Assembly: GCA_965203445.1 (NCBI GenBank)
Contig: OZ241883.1
Span: 1,728,001-1,792,000 of the forward strand
Source of the DNA: Candidatus Oxydemutator sp.
GTDB taxonomy: Bacteria; Pseudomonadota; Gammaproteobacteria; Poriferisulfidales; Oxydemutatoraceae
Reading direction: 5' to 3'
DNA length: 64,000 bases
Shown in pieces: positions 35,101-50,100 of this stretch. The notes beneath the pieces were generated by a model, which saw only the letters and a list, made by a program, of their open reading frames with translations, made no database searches and was not told the origin of the DNA. The position numbers and the translations under genes are program-made. Positions within the stretch are counted from its first letter, which is position 1, and every line of letters begins with the position of its first letter.

Positions 35101-38100
35101 GTTTGGAGTTGGAGGAAGGAGGAGCGCGCGTGCATATCGAGGAAGGAGCTCCCGTCAGAATAGAAGTAACGTGGACTTCATCGGAGGATGCAAGTAGAAC
35201 GAGAGTGGTCTCGGTAAGCGCGGGCACGACGGTAAGCGAAGTACTGCGCATGGTCGGTACGCAGTCGGTGACGATCACGCTGCACGCCGCCCGGTTGGGG
35301 CGCGTTTTCGGTCGTATAGAGGGATTGGTCGTGGAGGCGACGGACAGCGCGGTGTTGTCGCCCCGCCCCCCTCCTCCATTGCCGCCGATGGACGCCGGTA
35401 TATGTGATCGCACGCGCCAAGTTTATGAGGCGATAGCGGACAAGGTGGGCGTGGATAGCTGCGCTGATGTCACGACCGGACACCTGGTGATGATAGAAGC
35501 CTTGGACATAGACGGAAGAGGCGCGACGGAAGTGCGTGCGGGTGACTTTGCGGGCTTGAGCGGTCTGCGTCGTTTGTATTTGGGGGATAACAGGTTGAGG
35601 AGTCTGCCTTCCGGCGTGTTGTCGGAATTGGGCAATTTGGAGGAGTTGCATATAGACGGCAACAAGTTGGGCGATCTGCCGTCGGGGATATTCGGGGGTT
35701 TGGGCAGTTTGCGTGAATTGTCGTTGAGCGGCAACGAATTGCAGAGATTGGAAGCAGGCGTGTTCGAGGGATTGAATGCGCTGGGCAGTCTGTATTTGGA
35801 CAACAACGAGTTAAGCGGTTTGCAGTCTGATACGTTTGTCGGCTTGTCGCGTTTGAGCAGCCTGCGTCTGCACGACAACCGTTTGGAGGGTCTGCCGGCG
35901 GATATATTTCAGGGATTGAAATTGTCGAATAGTTTGACGCTGCACGGGAACGGGAACGATCCTGTTGAGTTTTGGGTGTATCCGGAGTTGTCATCGGAAG
36001 GTGATCGAGCGCGCGCGCATATAGCGGAAGGGGCGTTTCTCGGGATGTTGGTGGATTGGGAATCATCGGGTGGATACGTGGATAGAGGGGAGGTGGAGTT
36101 GTCGGCGGGAACGAGTGCAAGCGAGTTGTTCGGCATGGCGCGTCCGACGACGGTGACGGTGGAGTTGTCGTCGGTCGAGATAGACGGCTTGCCGCGGATG
36201 GAGAGAACGGACGACGCGACGGGGCCGTATAGCGGATTTCGGGTGGCGACGACGGACAGCAGGAAGGTTTTGCGTTGGAACGGTCCGTTGCTTGCGCGCG
36301 AGGTGAAAGATCAGTTGTATACGGAGGGCGTGGGGATAGCTCCGTTGGAGTTGCCGTCTGCGGATGGCGGCGATCTTCCGTTGGAATATAGCTTGTCCGG
36401 CGAATTGCCGGAGGGATTGAAATTCAGCACGTTGACGCGGACGTTGACGGGTACGCCGACGAAGGTGCATAGGGAGAGTAGCTACGTATGGAGGGTGGCG
36501 GATGCGTCGGGTCGTGTGCACCAGAGCGGATTCAAAATCAAGGTGCAGTCAGAGGTGTGCAGGAGGACGCTGGAGGTTCGTGATGCGATAGTGGATGCGT
36601 TTATGGGCGTGCGAGTATGCGATTACGTGAAGGCGGAGCATTTGGCCTCGATCACGGTGCTGGACATCAGCAGCCAGGGAATAGTCCGGTTGAAGGAAGG
36701 CGACTTTGGGGGCTTGAGCGGTCTGCGCCGTTTGCATTTGGGTGGTAACGAATTGAATAGCCTGCCATCCGGCGTGTTTTCGGAATTGGTCAGTTTGGAG
36801 GAGTTGCACATAGATGGCAACAAGTTGGGCGGTCTGCCGTCGGGTATATTCGAGGGCCTGGTCGGCTTGCGCGAATTGTCGTTGAGCGGCAACGAGTTGA
36901 GCGATTTGAGTACGGATACGTTTGTCGGTTTGTCTCGTTTGAGCAGTCTGCGTCTGCACGACAACCGTTTGGGGGGTCTGCTGCACGACAACCGTTTGGC
37001 GGATCTGCCGGAGGGTATATTCCTGGGATTGGAATTGACGGATAGTTTGACGTTGCATGGGAACGGTAACGATTATTTTAAGTTTCAGGTACGTCCGGAG
37101 TTGTCTTCGGAAGGTGATCGAGTGCGCGCGCATATAGCGCAAGGGGCGTTTCTCGGGATGTTGGTGAATTGGGAATCATCCGGCGGATACGTGGATAGAG
37201 GAGAGGCGGAGTTGTCTGCGGGGGCGAGTGCGAGCGAGTGGTTCGGTATGGCGCGTCCGACGACGGTGACGGTGGAGTTGTTGTCGGTCAAGATTGACGG
37301 CTTGCCGTTGTCGGAGAGAACGGACGACGCGACGGGGCCGTATAGCGGATTTGAGGTGACGGCGACGGGCCGCGAGAATTTGCGTTGGAACGGCCCGTTG
37401 CTTATGCGCGAGGTGGGGGATCAGTCGTATACGGAAGAGGTGGGGATAGATCCGTTGGAGTTGCCGTCGGCGGATGGCGGCGATGCTCCGCTGGCATACA
37501 GCCTGTCCGGTGAATTGCCGGAGGGATTGAAATTCAGCACGTTGACGCGGACGTTGACGGGTACGCCGACGGAGGTGCATAGGGAGAGCAACTACGTATG
37601 GAAGGTAGCGGATGCGTCGGGTCGTGAGGACAGGAGGGAGTTCACGATCAAGGTGCGGTCGGAGGTGTGCGCGAGGACGCCGCAGGTTCGAGACGCGATA
37701 ATGGAAGCGTTGATGGGCGTTATTCCCGTATGCGACTACGTGAAGGCGGAGCATTTGGCCTCGATCACGGTGCTGGACATCAGCAGCAAGAGGATAGCCC
37801 GGTTGGAGGAAGGCGACTTTGCGGGTTTGAGCGGTCTGCGCCGTTTGCATTTGGGCGGTAACGAATTGAATAGCCTGCCATCCGGCGTGTTTTCGGAATT
37901 GGTCAGTTTGGAGGAGTTGCATTTGGACGGCAACGAGTTGGGCGGTCTGCCGTCGGGGATATTCGGGGGTCTGGTCGGCTTGCGCGAATTGTCGTTGAGC
38001 GGCAACGAATTGCAGGAATTGGAAGCAGGCGTGTTCGGGGGATTGAATGCGCTGGGCAGCCTGTATTTGGACAACAACGAGTTAAGCGGTTTGCGGTCTG

Positions 38101-41100
38101 ATACGTTTGTCGGCTTGTCGCGTTTGAGCAGTCTGCGTCTGCACGACAACCGTTTGGCGGGTCTGCCGGAGGGTATATTCCTGGGATTGGAATTGACGGA
38201 TAGTTTGACGCTGCACGGCAACACGAGCGAACCGATTGTGTTTTTGGTGTCTCCGGGGTTGTCTGCGGAAGGTGATCGAGCGCGAGCGAATATAGCGCAA
38301 GGAGCGTTTCTGGGGATGTTGGTGAATTGGGTGTCTTCGGGTGGATATGTGGATGGAGGCGAGGTGGAGTTGTCTGCGGGAACGAGTGCGAGCGAGTCGT
38401 TTGGTATGGCGCGTCCGACGACGGTGACGGTGGAGTTGTTGTCGGTCAAGGTTGACGGCTTGCCGTTGTCGGAGAGAACGGACGACGCGACGGGGCCGTA
38501 TAGCGGATTTCGGGTGGCGACGACGGGCAGTGCGAGTTTGCGTTGGAACGGCCCGTTGCTTATGCGCGAGGTGGAGGATCAGTCGTATACGCAGGGCATG
38601 GAGATCCGTCCGTTGGAGTTGCCATCTGGGGTTGGCGGCGATGTTCCGCTGGGATACAGCCTGTCCGGTGAATTGCCGGAGGGATTGAAATTCAGCACGC
38701 TGACACGGACGTTGACGGGTACGCCGACGGAGGTGCATAGGGAGAGCAACTACGTATGGAAGGTAGCGGATGCGTCGGGTCGTGAGGACAGGAGGGAGTT
38801 CACGATCAAGGTGCGGTCGGAGGTGTGCGCGAGGACGCCGCAGGTTCGAGACGCGATAGTGGAGGAGTTGACGGTTCTGGTTCCGGGGACACGGGTATGC
38901 GACTACGTGAAGGCGGAGCATTTGGCCTCGATCACGGTACTGGACATCAGCAGCAAGAGGATAGCCCAGTTGGAGGAAGGCGACTTTGCGGGTTTGAGCG
39001 GTCTGCGCCGTTTGCATTTGGGTGGTAACGAATTGAATAGCCTGCCATCCGGCGTGTTTTCGGAATTGGTCAGTTTGGAGGAGTTGCATTTGGACGGCAA
39101 CGAGTTGGGCGGTCTGCCGTCGGGGATATTCGGGGGTCTGGGCAGCTTGCGCGAATTGTCGTTGAGCGGCAATAAATTGCGGGGATTGGAAGCAGGCGTG
39201 TTCGGGGGATTGAATGCGCTGGGCAGCCTGTATTTGGACAACAACGAGTTAAGCGGTTTGCGGTCTGATACGTTTGTCGGCTTGTCGCGTTTGAGCAGTC
39301 TGCGTCTGCACGACAACCGTTTGGCGGGTCTGCCGGAGGGTATATTCCTGGGATTGGAATTGACGGACAGTTTGACGCTGCACGGCAACACGAGCGAACC
39401 GATTGTGTTTTTGGTGTCTCCGGGGTTGTCTGCGGAAGGTGATCGAGCGCGAGCGAATATAGCGCAAGGAGCGTTTCTGGGGATGTTGGTGAATTGGGCA
39501 TCTTCGGGCGGATATGTGGATGGAGGCGAGGTGGAGTTGTCTGCGGGAACGAGTGCGAGCGAGTCGTTCGGTATGGCGCGTCCGACGACGGTGACGGTGG
39601 AGTTGTTGTCGGTCAAGATTGACGGCTTGCCGTTGTCGGAGAGAACGGACGACGCGACGGGGCCGTATAGCGGATTTCGGGTGGCGACGACGCGCAGCGT
39701 GAGTTTGCGTTGGAACGGCCCGTTGCTTGCGCGCGAGGTGGAGGATCAGTCGTATATGGAAGGGGTGGAGATACGTCCATTGGAGTTGCCGTCGGCGGAT
39801 GGCGGCGATGTTCCGCTGGGATACAGCCTGTCCGGTGAATTGCCGGAGGGATTGAAATTCAGCACGTTGACGCGGACGTTGACGGGGACGCCGACGGAGG
39901 TGCAAAGGGAAAGCGACTACATATGGGAGGTGGTGGATGCGTCGGGTCGCAGGCACGGGAGCGCATTCACAATCAAGGTGCGGTCGGAGGTGTGCACGAG
40001 GACGCCGCAGGTTCGTGACGCGATAGTGGAGGCGTTGACGGTTCTGGTTCCGGGGACACGGGTATGCGACTACGTGAAGGCGGAGCAGTTGGCATTGATC
40101 GCCGCGTTGGACATCAGCAGCCAGAGTATAGTCCGATTGCAGCAAGGCGACTTTGCGGGCTTGAGCAGTTTGCAATCCCTGAACTTGAGCGGAAATCAGT
40201 TGACCCGGATCAGGCTAGGCATATTCGCGGGTTTGGCCGACCTCCGTGAGCTGGATTTGTCTTCCAACGAAATAGGACGTTTGGAAGAAGATGCGTTTTC
40301 TGGTTTGGGGAACCTGCGCAAGCTGCTTCTGGACAACAATCGGATAAGCGGTATGGCGAGCATGGTGTTTGCCGATTTGTCCAATATGACGACACTGTCG
40401 TTGCGCGGCAACCGTTTGTCGTCGTTGCCGGAAAATGTATTCGTCGGGCTGAGCTTGAAGGATTTGCTGGATTTGTCGAGCAATCCCGGCAGTCCGCTTA
40501 AGTTGTCGGTGCGTGTGGAATCTTCGAACAACGGTCGTGCCCGTGCGCGTATAAGGGAGGGCGCGCCGTTGACCATAGAAGTTTTGTGGTTGTCATCCGG
40601 GGATTCGAGCGTGCCTGGTGCGGCTTATATCAGAGATGGCACGATCGCAAGCGAGGTGTTCGGGATGCCCCATCCCAGAGAATCCATGACCATCACGTTG
40701 ATCGACGCCAAGTCGGCTGACGTCGTTGAGCAGCTTGACGATGCAGAGGGTTCCTATAGGGGCTTCCGGCTTGCTACGACTGGAAGCGTGACGCTACCCT
40801 GCACTGATCTGTGGTTCGATCAAGCGGTGTCACCGCAGGTTTTTCTGCGGGGCGTAGCCGTCGGCGATCCCGGATTCAGGTTGCCGGCGGCGAGAAGTTG
40901 CCGACCGCCGCTGACTTATACGCTGTCGCCGAAATTGCCGATGGGTTTGACGTTCAGTTCGGCCACGCGTGTGATTTCAGGTATTCCGAGCGAGGTGTGG
41001 CCGGCGGCGACCTACACGCTGACGGCGATGGACGCGGATGGCGACGAGGCGACGCTGCAATTCAGCCTTGTCGTGAAAGCGAACGACTACGACAAGGACA

Positions 41101-44100
41101 ACGACGGCCTTATCGAGGTGGTCAATCTGGCGCAGCTGAATGCGATACGCTGGGATCTGGACGGCGACGGCAGCAGTCCGACCGACGCGAGTGCATACGC
41201 CGAGGCGTTCCCGGGCGCGGCGGCAGGGATGGGTTGTCCGGCCGTGGATGGCTGTGTCGGCTATGAGTTGGGTGAGGACGACGCAAGCGCGGTGTCGCTG
41301 ACGTTCAACACGGGGGATCCGAGCACCCGAACGGACGACGAGTATTACAACGGCGGCGCGGGTTGGGAACCGATAGGCAATGCGAGTAATTCCTACTCCG
41401 GCGTTTTTCAGGGCAACGGGCACGTCATTTCGGACTTGTCCATCCATCGGGCAGGCCGCTTTATCGGCTTGTTCGGCCGTTTGGGTTCCGCGGGCAGGTT
41501 GGTTGACGTGGGATTGGCGAACGTGGATGTCAGAGGGCAATTCTATGTAGGCAGTCTGGTCGGGTACAGCAGAGGAACGATAAGCAACAGTTCCGCGACG
41601 GGCACGGTTTCCGGGACGGACGGCGGGTTCAGCATAGGAGGTCTTGTAGGTATAAACGACGGCGCGATAGACAAAAGCTATGCGAAAGGAGCGGTCTTTG
41701 CGAATGATGGCGATGGTGCCATAGGGGGCTTCGCAGGAGGCAACCTCGGAACGATAAGTGAAAGTTATGCAACGGGCGTAGTCAGCGGCGGGGACGGATC
41801 CGTTGGCGGGTTTGTGGGAAGCAACCGCGGGATGATAACCGATTGCCATGCGACGGGCGCGGTCAGCGGGGACGAATCCGTTGGCGGTTTTGTGGGAAGC
41901 AACGACCGTGACCATACAATAATCGGCAGCTACGCGGCGGGCGCGGTCATCAGAAGCAATTTTGGGGGCGGTTTCGTCGGCCAGAATAAAGGGGCCATAA
42001 GTGCAAGTTATGCAGTGGGCGCAGTCACGGGAAATCTTGCGGGCGGTTTTGTCGGCTACGATGAAGGAATCATAGGCGCAAGTTATGCAGTGGGCGCAGT
42101 CACGGGAAATCTTGCGGGCGGTTTCGTCGGCTACAGCAAAGGGACGATAACCGCGGGTTACGCGACAGGCGCGGTTATGGGGGAGAATTTGGCAGGAGGT
42201 TTTGTAGGACATAACGCGGGAACGTTAATCGCGAACTATGTGGCGGGCGCAGTCATTGGACATAGGAAAGGTGGTTTTACCGGGATTGACAGTGGGATGG
42301 TAACCGACGGTTATTGGGATACTGACGTTTCGGGTCTTGACAGAAGTGCCGACTATGGCCCGGATACGGGCGCCATTGGCAAAACTATCATCGCGTTGCA
42401 GACACCGACCACCTACACCGGCATTTACGCCAGTTGGAACGTGGACGTGGACGGCAGCACCGCGACCGGCGTCGGTGGCAGGGACGACCCGTGGGATTTC
42501 GGCGACTCAACGCAGTATCCGGTATTGCAATACGGTGGTTTGGACGTTGATCTGCAACGGCGCCTGCTGCCGCTGACGGCGAGATTGCGGGTAGCGTCGG
42601 TGCCGGCGCGTGGCGACACTTACCGCGCCGGCGAGACGATTCGGATGCGTGCTGCGTATGGTCGGGATGACGTCAGGGTGCCCGCCGACGCGGTGTTGAG
42701 AGTAGTCATCGGTGGCAGGACGGTCAGCGCGACGGTGGTTGCGGTCGCCGGCAGCACCAGTGCGACGGACTTTGTGTACGTGGTATCCGAGGCGGACGAG
42801 GACGTGGACGGCATCAGCGTGTCGTCGAGCTCACTGCTCGGTTCCTTCTACGCGACGGGCCGTGGCAGCACGAGCGGCGTGTCGCACGGCGTGTTGTCGG
42901 CGCAATCGGGGCACAAGGTGCATGGCGGAGATTGGGTGCCGACGTTTGGCGAGGAGACGCTATCGGCGCAGAGTTACGTAGTGGGCGAGCGCGTTACGCT
43001 GACGTTGCCCGCGGCGACGAGCGGCGACGGGGTGTTGACGTATGCGTTGAGTCCGGCGCCGCCTGGTGGTTTGCGATTGAGCACGTCGTCGCGCGTCCTG
43101 ACGGGCGTGCCGTTGGACGTGACGTTGACGACGACGTACACCTGGACTGCGACCGATACGGATGGCGACAAGGCGGAGTTGTCATTCACGATAGCGGTGA
43201 GGTCGGGCGTGTGCGACCGCACTCCGCAGGTTCGAGACGAGATCATGGAGCAAGCGGGCGTATCGGACTGCGCGCTGGTCACGATGGAACATCTGTCCTC
43301 GATAACGACGCTGAATCTGATGAGTCAGAATATCAGCGCGTTGAAGGCGGGTGACTTCGACGATTTGGTCAATCTATCCTATCTGGGTCTGATGAAGAAC
43401 CAGTTGGAGGTCTTGCCGGCCGGTCTGTTTTCGGAATTGCGGAGTTTGGGGACGCTGCATCTGTATTGGAACCGATTGACGAGTCTTTCGACGGGGACGT
43501 TCGTCGGTTTGAGCAATCTGGTGGAGCTGAATCTGGAAGAGACTCATTTGTCGAGCATAGCCGCGGGAACGTTTTCCGGTCTGAGTAGATTAGAGTCTCT
43601 GGATATCGGCAACAATAGATTGTCGGAATTGCCGGCCGGTTTGTTTTCGGAATTGCGGAGTTTGAGGAAGTTGCTTCTGTATTCGAACCGATTGACGAGT
43701 CTCTCGACGGGGACGTTCGCTGGTTTGAGCAATCTGGCGGAACTGAATGTGCAAGGCAATCGTTTGTCGAGCATAGCCGCGGGGACGTTTTCCGGCTTGA
43801 GCAGCTTGAAGTTTCTGGATATGAAACACAATCCTTTGCCGAGTATAGCTACGGGGACGTTTTCCGGCTTGAGCAGTTTGGAGGTTCTGAAGATAGGCAA
43901 CACTTATAGATTGTCGGAATTGCCGGCCGGTTTGTTTTCGGATTTGACGGAGTTGCAGGTACTGAATTTATGGCACAACCGTTTTACAAGCCTCCCGTCG
44001 GACACGTTTGCAGGTTTGGTCAATTTGAGTCACTTGCGTATAAACCACAACCGATTGGCCAGCCTTGAATCGGGTCTGTTTTCCGGTTTGAAGAGCTTGA

Positions 44101-47100
44101 CGTCTTTGCGCGTGAACAACAACCGCTTGACGAAGTTGCCAGCGGGGATATTCGACGGTTTGAATCTGACGAGGGTGTTGCATCTGTATCAAAACACGAG
44201 TCGTCCGGTGGTGATGGAAGTGTATCCTGAGTTGTCAGGGTCTGGTTTCCGCGTGCGAATAGACGAGGGCGCACCGCGTGCGATGCGCGTGAATTGGGCG
44301 TTGTCGGGCGGTGTGAGCAGCACGGGCGTGGCGATGATAGCGGCGGGTGCGCGGGTGAGCAGCGTGACGCAGGTATCGGCCACGCCTCGTGAAGTGGTGA
44401 TCACGTTGAGCGACCCGGCGCTTGCGGGCGTGTCCGAGGCGACGGACGAAGACCGCCCTGGGAGCCGTTATGCTGGCTTTCGCTTGTCGGTGGCGTCGGT
44501 GCCGAGCGTGGCGATAGCGGGGACGTTGCCGATGTTTTACGAGGGAGTGCCGGCGCAGAGTTACCTGCGGGGCGAGGCGATAAGCGAATTGCAGTTGCCG
44601 AGGGCGCGCGGAGGTCGTGCCCCGTTGCGCTATAGCCTGTCGCCGTCCACGCCGGAGGGCTTGGTGTTCAGCACGGCGACGCTGATCATTTCGGGGACGC
44701 CGATGGAGGTGCGGAGTGCGACGACCTACACGCTGACGGTGGTGGACGCGGATAGCAAGGAAGCGACGCTGCGCTTCAGCATTGCCGTGGCGGATGACTA
44801 CGACAAGGACGGCGATGGTCTTATAGAAGTATATAGTCTGTCGCAGTTGAACGCGATACGCTGGGATCTGGACGGCAACGGCAGTCCGACGACTAACGCG
44901 AGCGCCTACGCCGAGGCATTCCCAGGCGCGACGGCAGGAATGGGTTGTCCGACTGCGGGCGGTTGCATAGGCTACGAGTTGGGTGAGAGCAGCGCAAGCG
45001 CGGTGTCGCTGACGTTCAACACGGGGGATCCGAGCACCCGCACGGACGACGAGTATTACAACGATGGCGCGGGTTGGGAGCCGATAGGCGGTGGCGTGAG
45101 TAATTCCTACTCCGGCGTTTTCCGAGGCAACGGGCACGTCATCTCGGACTTGTTCATCAATCGAACAAACGGCTATATCGGCTTGTTCGGCTATTTGGGT
45201 TCTGCGGGCAAATTGGAGGACGTGGGATTGGCGAACGTGGACGTCAGGGGACGACAGCAGGTAGGCAGTTTGGTCGGGTACAGTGGAGGGACGATAACCG
45301 CTAGCTTCGCGGCGGGAGCGGTCAGCGGGAGCGAGAGGTGGGATGTAGGCGGTCTCGTGGGGTACAATTCTGGAGAGATAATCGCCAGCTCCGCGACGGG
45401 CGCGGTCAACGGGAGAGGGAATAGTGTAGGCGGCCTTGTGGGGTACAATTCTGGAGAGATAATCGCCAGCTCCGCGACGGGCGCGGTCAACGGGAGAGGG
45501 AATAGTGTAGGCGGCCTTGTGGGGCGCAATTATGGAGAGATAAGCGCCAGCTCCGCGATGGGCGCGGTCAGCGGGACACTTCATGTAGGTGGCCTCGTGG
45601 GGTACAATCTTCGAGAGATAACCACCAGCTTCGCGATGGGTGTGGTCAGCGGAACATCTTATGTAGGCGGCCTTGTGGGGAGCAATGCTGGAGAGATAAG
45701 CGCCAGCTACGCGACGGGCGCGGTTAGCGGGGGATGGTTTTATGCAGGTGGCCTCGTGGGGGGAAATTATGGAGAGATAAGTGCCAGCTCCGCGACGGGT
45801 GCAGTCAGCGGGGAATGGTTTGTAGGTGGCCTCGTGGGGGGAAATTATGGAGAGATAAGCGCCAGCTACGCGACGGGCGTGGTCAGCGGGACAAAGTATG
45901 CAGGTGGCCTCGTGGGGGGAAATTATGGAGAGATAAGCGCCAGCTACGCGACGGGCGTGGTCAGCGGGACAAAGTATGCAGGTGGCCTCGTGGGGCGCAA
46001 TTATAATTCTGGAGAGATAAGCGCCAGCTCCGCGACGGGCGCGGTCAGCGGGACACCTGATGTAGGTGGCCTCGTGGGGGTCAATTATGGAGATATAACC
46101 GCCAGCTATGCGATGGGCGCGGTCAACGGGGAGGTCTTTGTAGGCGGCCTCGTGGGGGGCAATTATGGAGAGGGAGATATAACCGCCAGCTATGCGACGG
46201 GCGTGGTCAGCGGGATATCTTATGTAGGCGGCCTCGTGGGGTTCAATGGTGAAGAGATAACCGCCAGCTATGCGACGGGCGTGGTCAGCGGGATATCTTA
46301 TGTAGGCGGCCTCGTGGGGTACAATTATGGAGAGGGAGATATAACCGCCAGCTATGCGATGGGCGCGGTCAGCGAGAGGAGGAGGGATGTAGGCGGCCTC
46401 GTGGGGGTCAACTGGGTCAACTATGGAGATATAACCGCCAGCTACTGGGATACCGACGCCTCTGGTCTCAACAGTAGTGCCGGTGGTATGGGCAAAACCA
46501 CGATCGCATTGCAGACACCGACCACCTACACCGGCATTTATGCCAGTTGGAACGTGAACGTGGACGGCAGCACCGCGACCGGCGTCGGTGGCAGGGACGA
46601 CCCGTGGCATTTCGGCAACTCGATGCAGTATCCGGTACTGCAATACGGCGGTTTGGACGTTGATCTGCAACGGCGCCTGCTGCCGCTGACGGCGAGGTTG
46701 CGGGTAGTGTCGGTGCCGGCGCATGGCGACACCTACCGCGCCGGCGAGACGATCCGGATGCGTGCTTCGTATGGTCGGGATGACGTCAGGGTGCCCGCCG
46801 ACGCGGTATTAAGAATAGCCATCGGCAACAGCACGGTCAGCGCGACGGTGGTTGCGGTCGCCGGCAGCACCAGTGCGACGGACTTTGTGTACGTAGTGTC
46901 CGAGGGGGACGAGGACGGGGACGGCATCAGCGTATCGTCGAACTCACTGCTCGGTTCTTTCTACACGACGGGCCGTGGCAGCACGAGCGGCGTGTCGCAC
47001 GGCGTGTTGTCGGCGCAACCAAGCCACAAGGTACGTGGGAGGCCGGAGGTGTGCGGCCGCACTCCGCAGGTTCGAGACGAGATCATGGAGCAAGCGGGCG

Positions 47101-50100
47101 TATCGAACTGTGCGCTGGTCACGATGGAACATCTGTCCTCGATAACAACGCTGAATCTGATGAGTCAGAGTATCAGCACGTTGAAGGCGGGTGATTTCGA
47201 CGATTTGGTCAATCTATCCTATCTGGGTCTGATGAAGAACCAGTTGACGGTTTTGCCGGACGGTCTGTTTTCGGAATTGCAGAGTTTGCGGACGTTGCAC
47301 CTGTATTGGAACCGATTGACGAGTCTCTCGACGGGGACGTTCGCTGGTTTGAGCAATCTGGTGGAACTGAATCTGGAAGAGACTCATTTGTCGAGCATAG
47401 CCGCGGGAACGTTTTCCGGTCTGAGTAGATTAGAGTCTCTGGATATTAGCAACAATAGATTGTTGGAACTGCCGACCGGTTTGTTTTCGGAATTGAGCAA
47501 TCTGGTGGAACTGAATATGAGAAGCAATCGTTTGTCGAGTATAGCTGCGGGGACGTTTTCCAGCTTGAGCAGTTTGGAGTCTCTGGATATAAGAAGCAAT
47601 CGTTTGTCGAGCATAGCTGCGGGGACGTTTTCCAGCTTGAGCAGCTTGGAGTCTCTGGATATAAGAAGCAATCCTTTGCCGAGTATAGCTACGGGGACGT
47701 TCTCCGGCTTGAGCAGTTTGGAGGTTCTGAAGATAGGCAACACTCATAGGTTGTCGGAATTGCCGGCTGGTTTGTTTTCGGATTTGACGGAGTTGCGGGT
47801 ACTGAATTTATGGCATAACCGTTTTACAAGCCTTCCGTCGGACACGTTTGCAGGTTTGGTCAATTTGAGTCGCATAAGTCTGAATCACAACCGTTTGGCT
47901 AGTCTGGAATCGGATTTGTTTTCCGGTTTGAGGAGTCTGACGAGTATGCGCCTGGACAACAACCGCCTGACGAAGTTGCCAGCGGGGATATTTGACGGTT
48001 TGAATATGGCGGGGTTGCATCTGTCCCGCAACACGAGTCGTCCGGTGATGATGGAAGTGTATCCGGAGTTGTCAGGGTCTGGTTTCCGCGTGCGGATAGA
48101 CGAGGGAGCGCCGCGTGCGATGCGCGTGAATTGGGCATTGTCGGGCGGTATGAGCAGCACGGGCATGGCGATGATAGCGGCGGGTGCGCGGGTGAGCAGC
48201 GTGACGCAGGTATCGGCGGCGCCTCGTGAGGTGGTGATCACGTTGAGCGGCCCGGTACTTGCGGGCGTGTCCGAGGCGACGGACGAAGACCGCCTTGCAG
48301 GCCATTATGATGGTTTTCGCTTGTCGGTGGCGTCGACGCCGAGCGTGGCGATAGCGGGGACGTCGCCGATGTTTTACGAGGGAGTGCCGGCGCAGGGTTA
48401 CCTGCGGGGCGAGGCAATAAGCGAATTGCAGTTGCCGAGGGCGCGCGGCGGTCGTGCCCCGTTGCGCTACGGCCTGTCGCCGCCAATGCCGGAGGGTTTG
48501 GTGTTCAGCACGGCGACGCTGATCATTTCGGGGACGCCGATGGAGGTGCAGAGTGCGACGACCTACACGCTGACGGCGGTGGATGCGGATAGCAAGGAGG
48601 CAACGCTGCAATTCAGCATTGCCGTGACGGTGAATGACTACGACAAGGACAACGATGGGCTTATCGAGGTGAGCAATCTGGCGCAGCTGAATGCGATACG
48701 CTGGGATCTGGACGGCGACGGCAGCAGCCCGACTGACGCAAGCGCCTACACGGCAGCATTCCCAGGTGCGACGACAGGAATGGGTTGTCCGACCGCGGGC
48801 GGTTGCATAGGTTACGAGTTGGGTGAGAGCAGCGCAAGCGCAGTGTCGCTGACGTTCAACACGGGCGATCCGAGCACCCGCACGGACGATGAGTATTACA
48901 ACGGCGGCGCAGGTTGGGAACCGATAGGCAGTGGCGCGAGTAATTCCTACTCCGGCGTTTTCCGAGGCAACGGGCACGTCATCTCGGACTTGTTCATCAA
49001 TCGCTCAAGCGACTATGTCGGCTTGTTCGGCTATTTGAGTTCTGCGGGCAAGTTGGAGGATGTGGGGTTGGCGAACGTGGGCGTCAGAGGGCGTAGCATT
49101 GTAGGTAGCATGGTGGGCCACAGCAGAGGAACGATAAGCGGCAGTTTCGCGACGGGCACGGTCATCGGAAGGTCTATTGTGGGTGGTTTCGTGGGGGTCA
49201 ACTATAGTGGGATAAGCGGGGATGGTACGATAAGCGGGAATGGTACGATAAGCGAAAGTTATTCGATGGGTTCAGTCCGTTCTATGGGCGGTGGTTCTAT
49301 AGGCGGCCTCGTGGGGGACAATTCTGGAGAGATAACTGCCAGCTATGCGATGGGAGCGGTTAGAGGAAGTAGCGTTTATGCATATAGAGGTGTTGTAGGC
49401 GGCCTCGTGGGGTACAATGGTGGAAAGATAACCGCCAGCTACGCGACGGGGGCGGTCAACGGAGGAGTACATTCTATTATGGGCGGCCTCGTGGGGTACG
49501 ATCCTATTATGGGTGGCCTCGTGGGGTACAATAGTGGAGATATAACTGCCAGCTACGCGACGGGAGTGGCCAGAGAAAGTTCTGGTATATATAGAGATTA
49601 TAGAGATATTATAGGTGGCCTCGTGGGGCGCAATCCCCCTTCTGGAGAGATAACCGCCAGCTACTGGGATACCGACACTTCTGGTCTCGACGGCAGTGCT
49701 GTCGGCATAGGCAAAACCACCATCGCATTGCAAACACCGACCACCTACATTGGCATTTATGCCGACTGGAACGTGAACGTGGACGGCAGCACCGCGACCG
49801 GCGTAGGTGGCAGGGACGCCCCGTGGGATTTCGGCAACTCGATGCAGTATCCGGTATTGCAATACGGTGGTTTGGACGTTGATCTGCAACGGCGCCTGCT
49901 GCCGCTGACGGCGAGGTTGCGGGTGGTGTCGGTGCCGGCGCATGGCGACACTTACCGCGCCGGCGAGACGATCCGGATGCGTGCTTCGTATGGTCGGGAT
50001 GACGTCAGGGTGCCCGCCGACGCGGTATTAAGAATAGCCATCGGCAACAGCACGGTCAGCGCGACGGTGGTTGCGGCTGCCGGCAGCACCGGCGCGACGG

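Noticed and set aside
45290-46450. Repeat-spacer-like periodicity resembling a CRISPR array
   Set aside because: Units are in-frame coding coils (multiples of 3), degenerate and non-palindromic, and there are no cas genes
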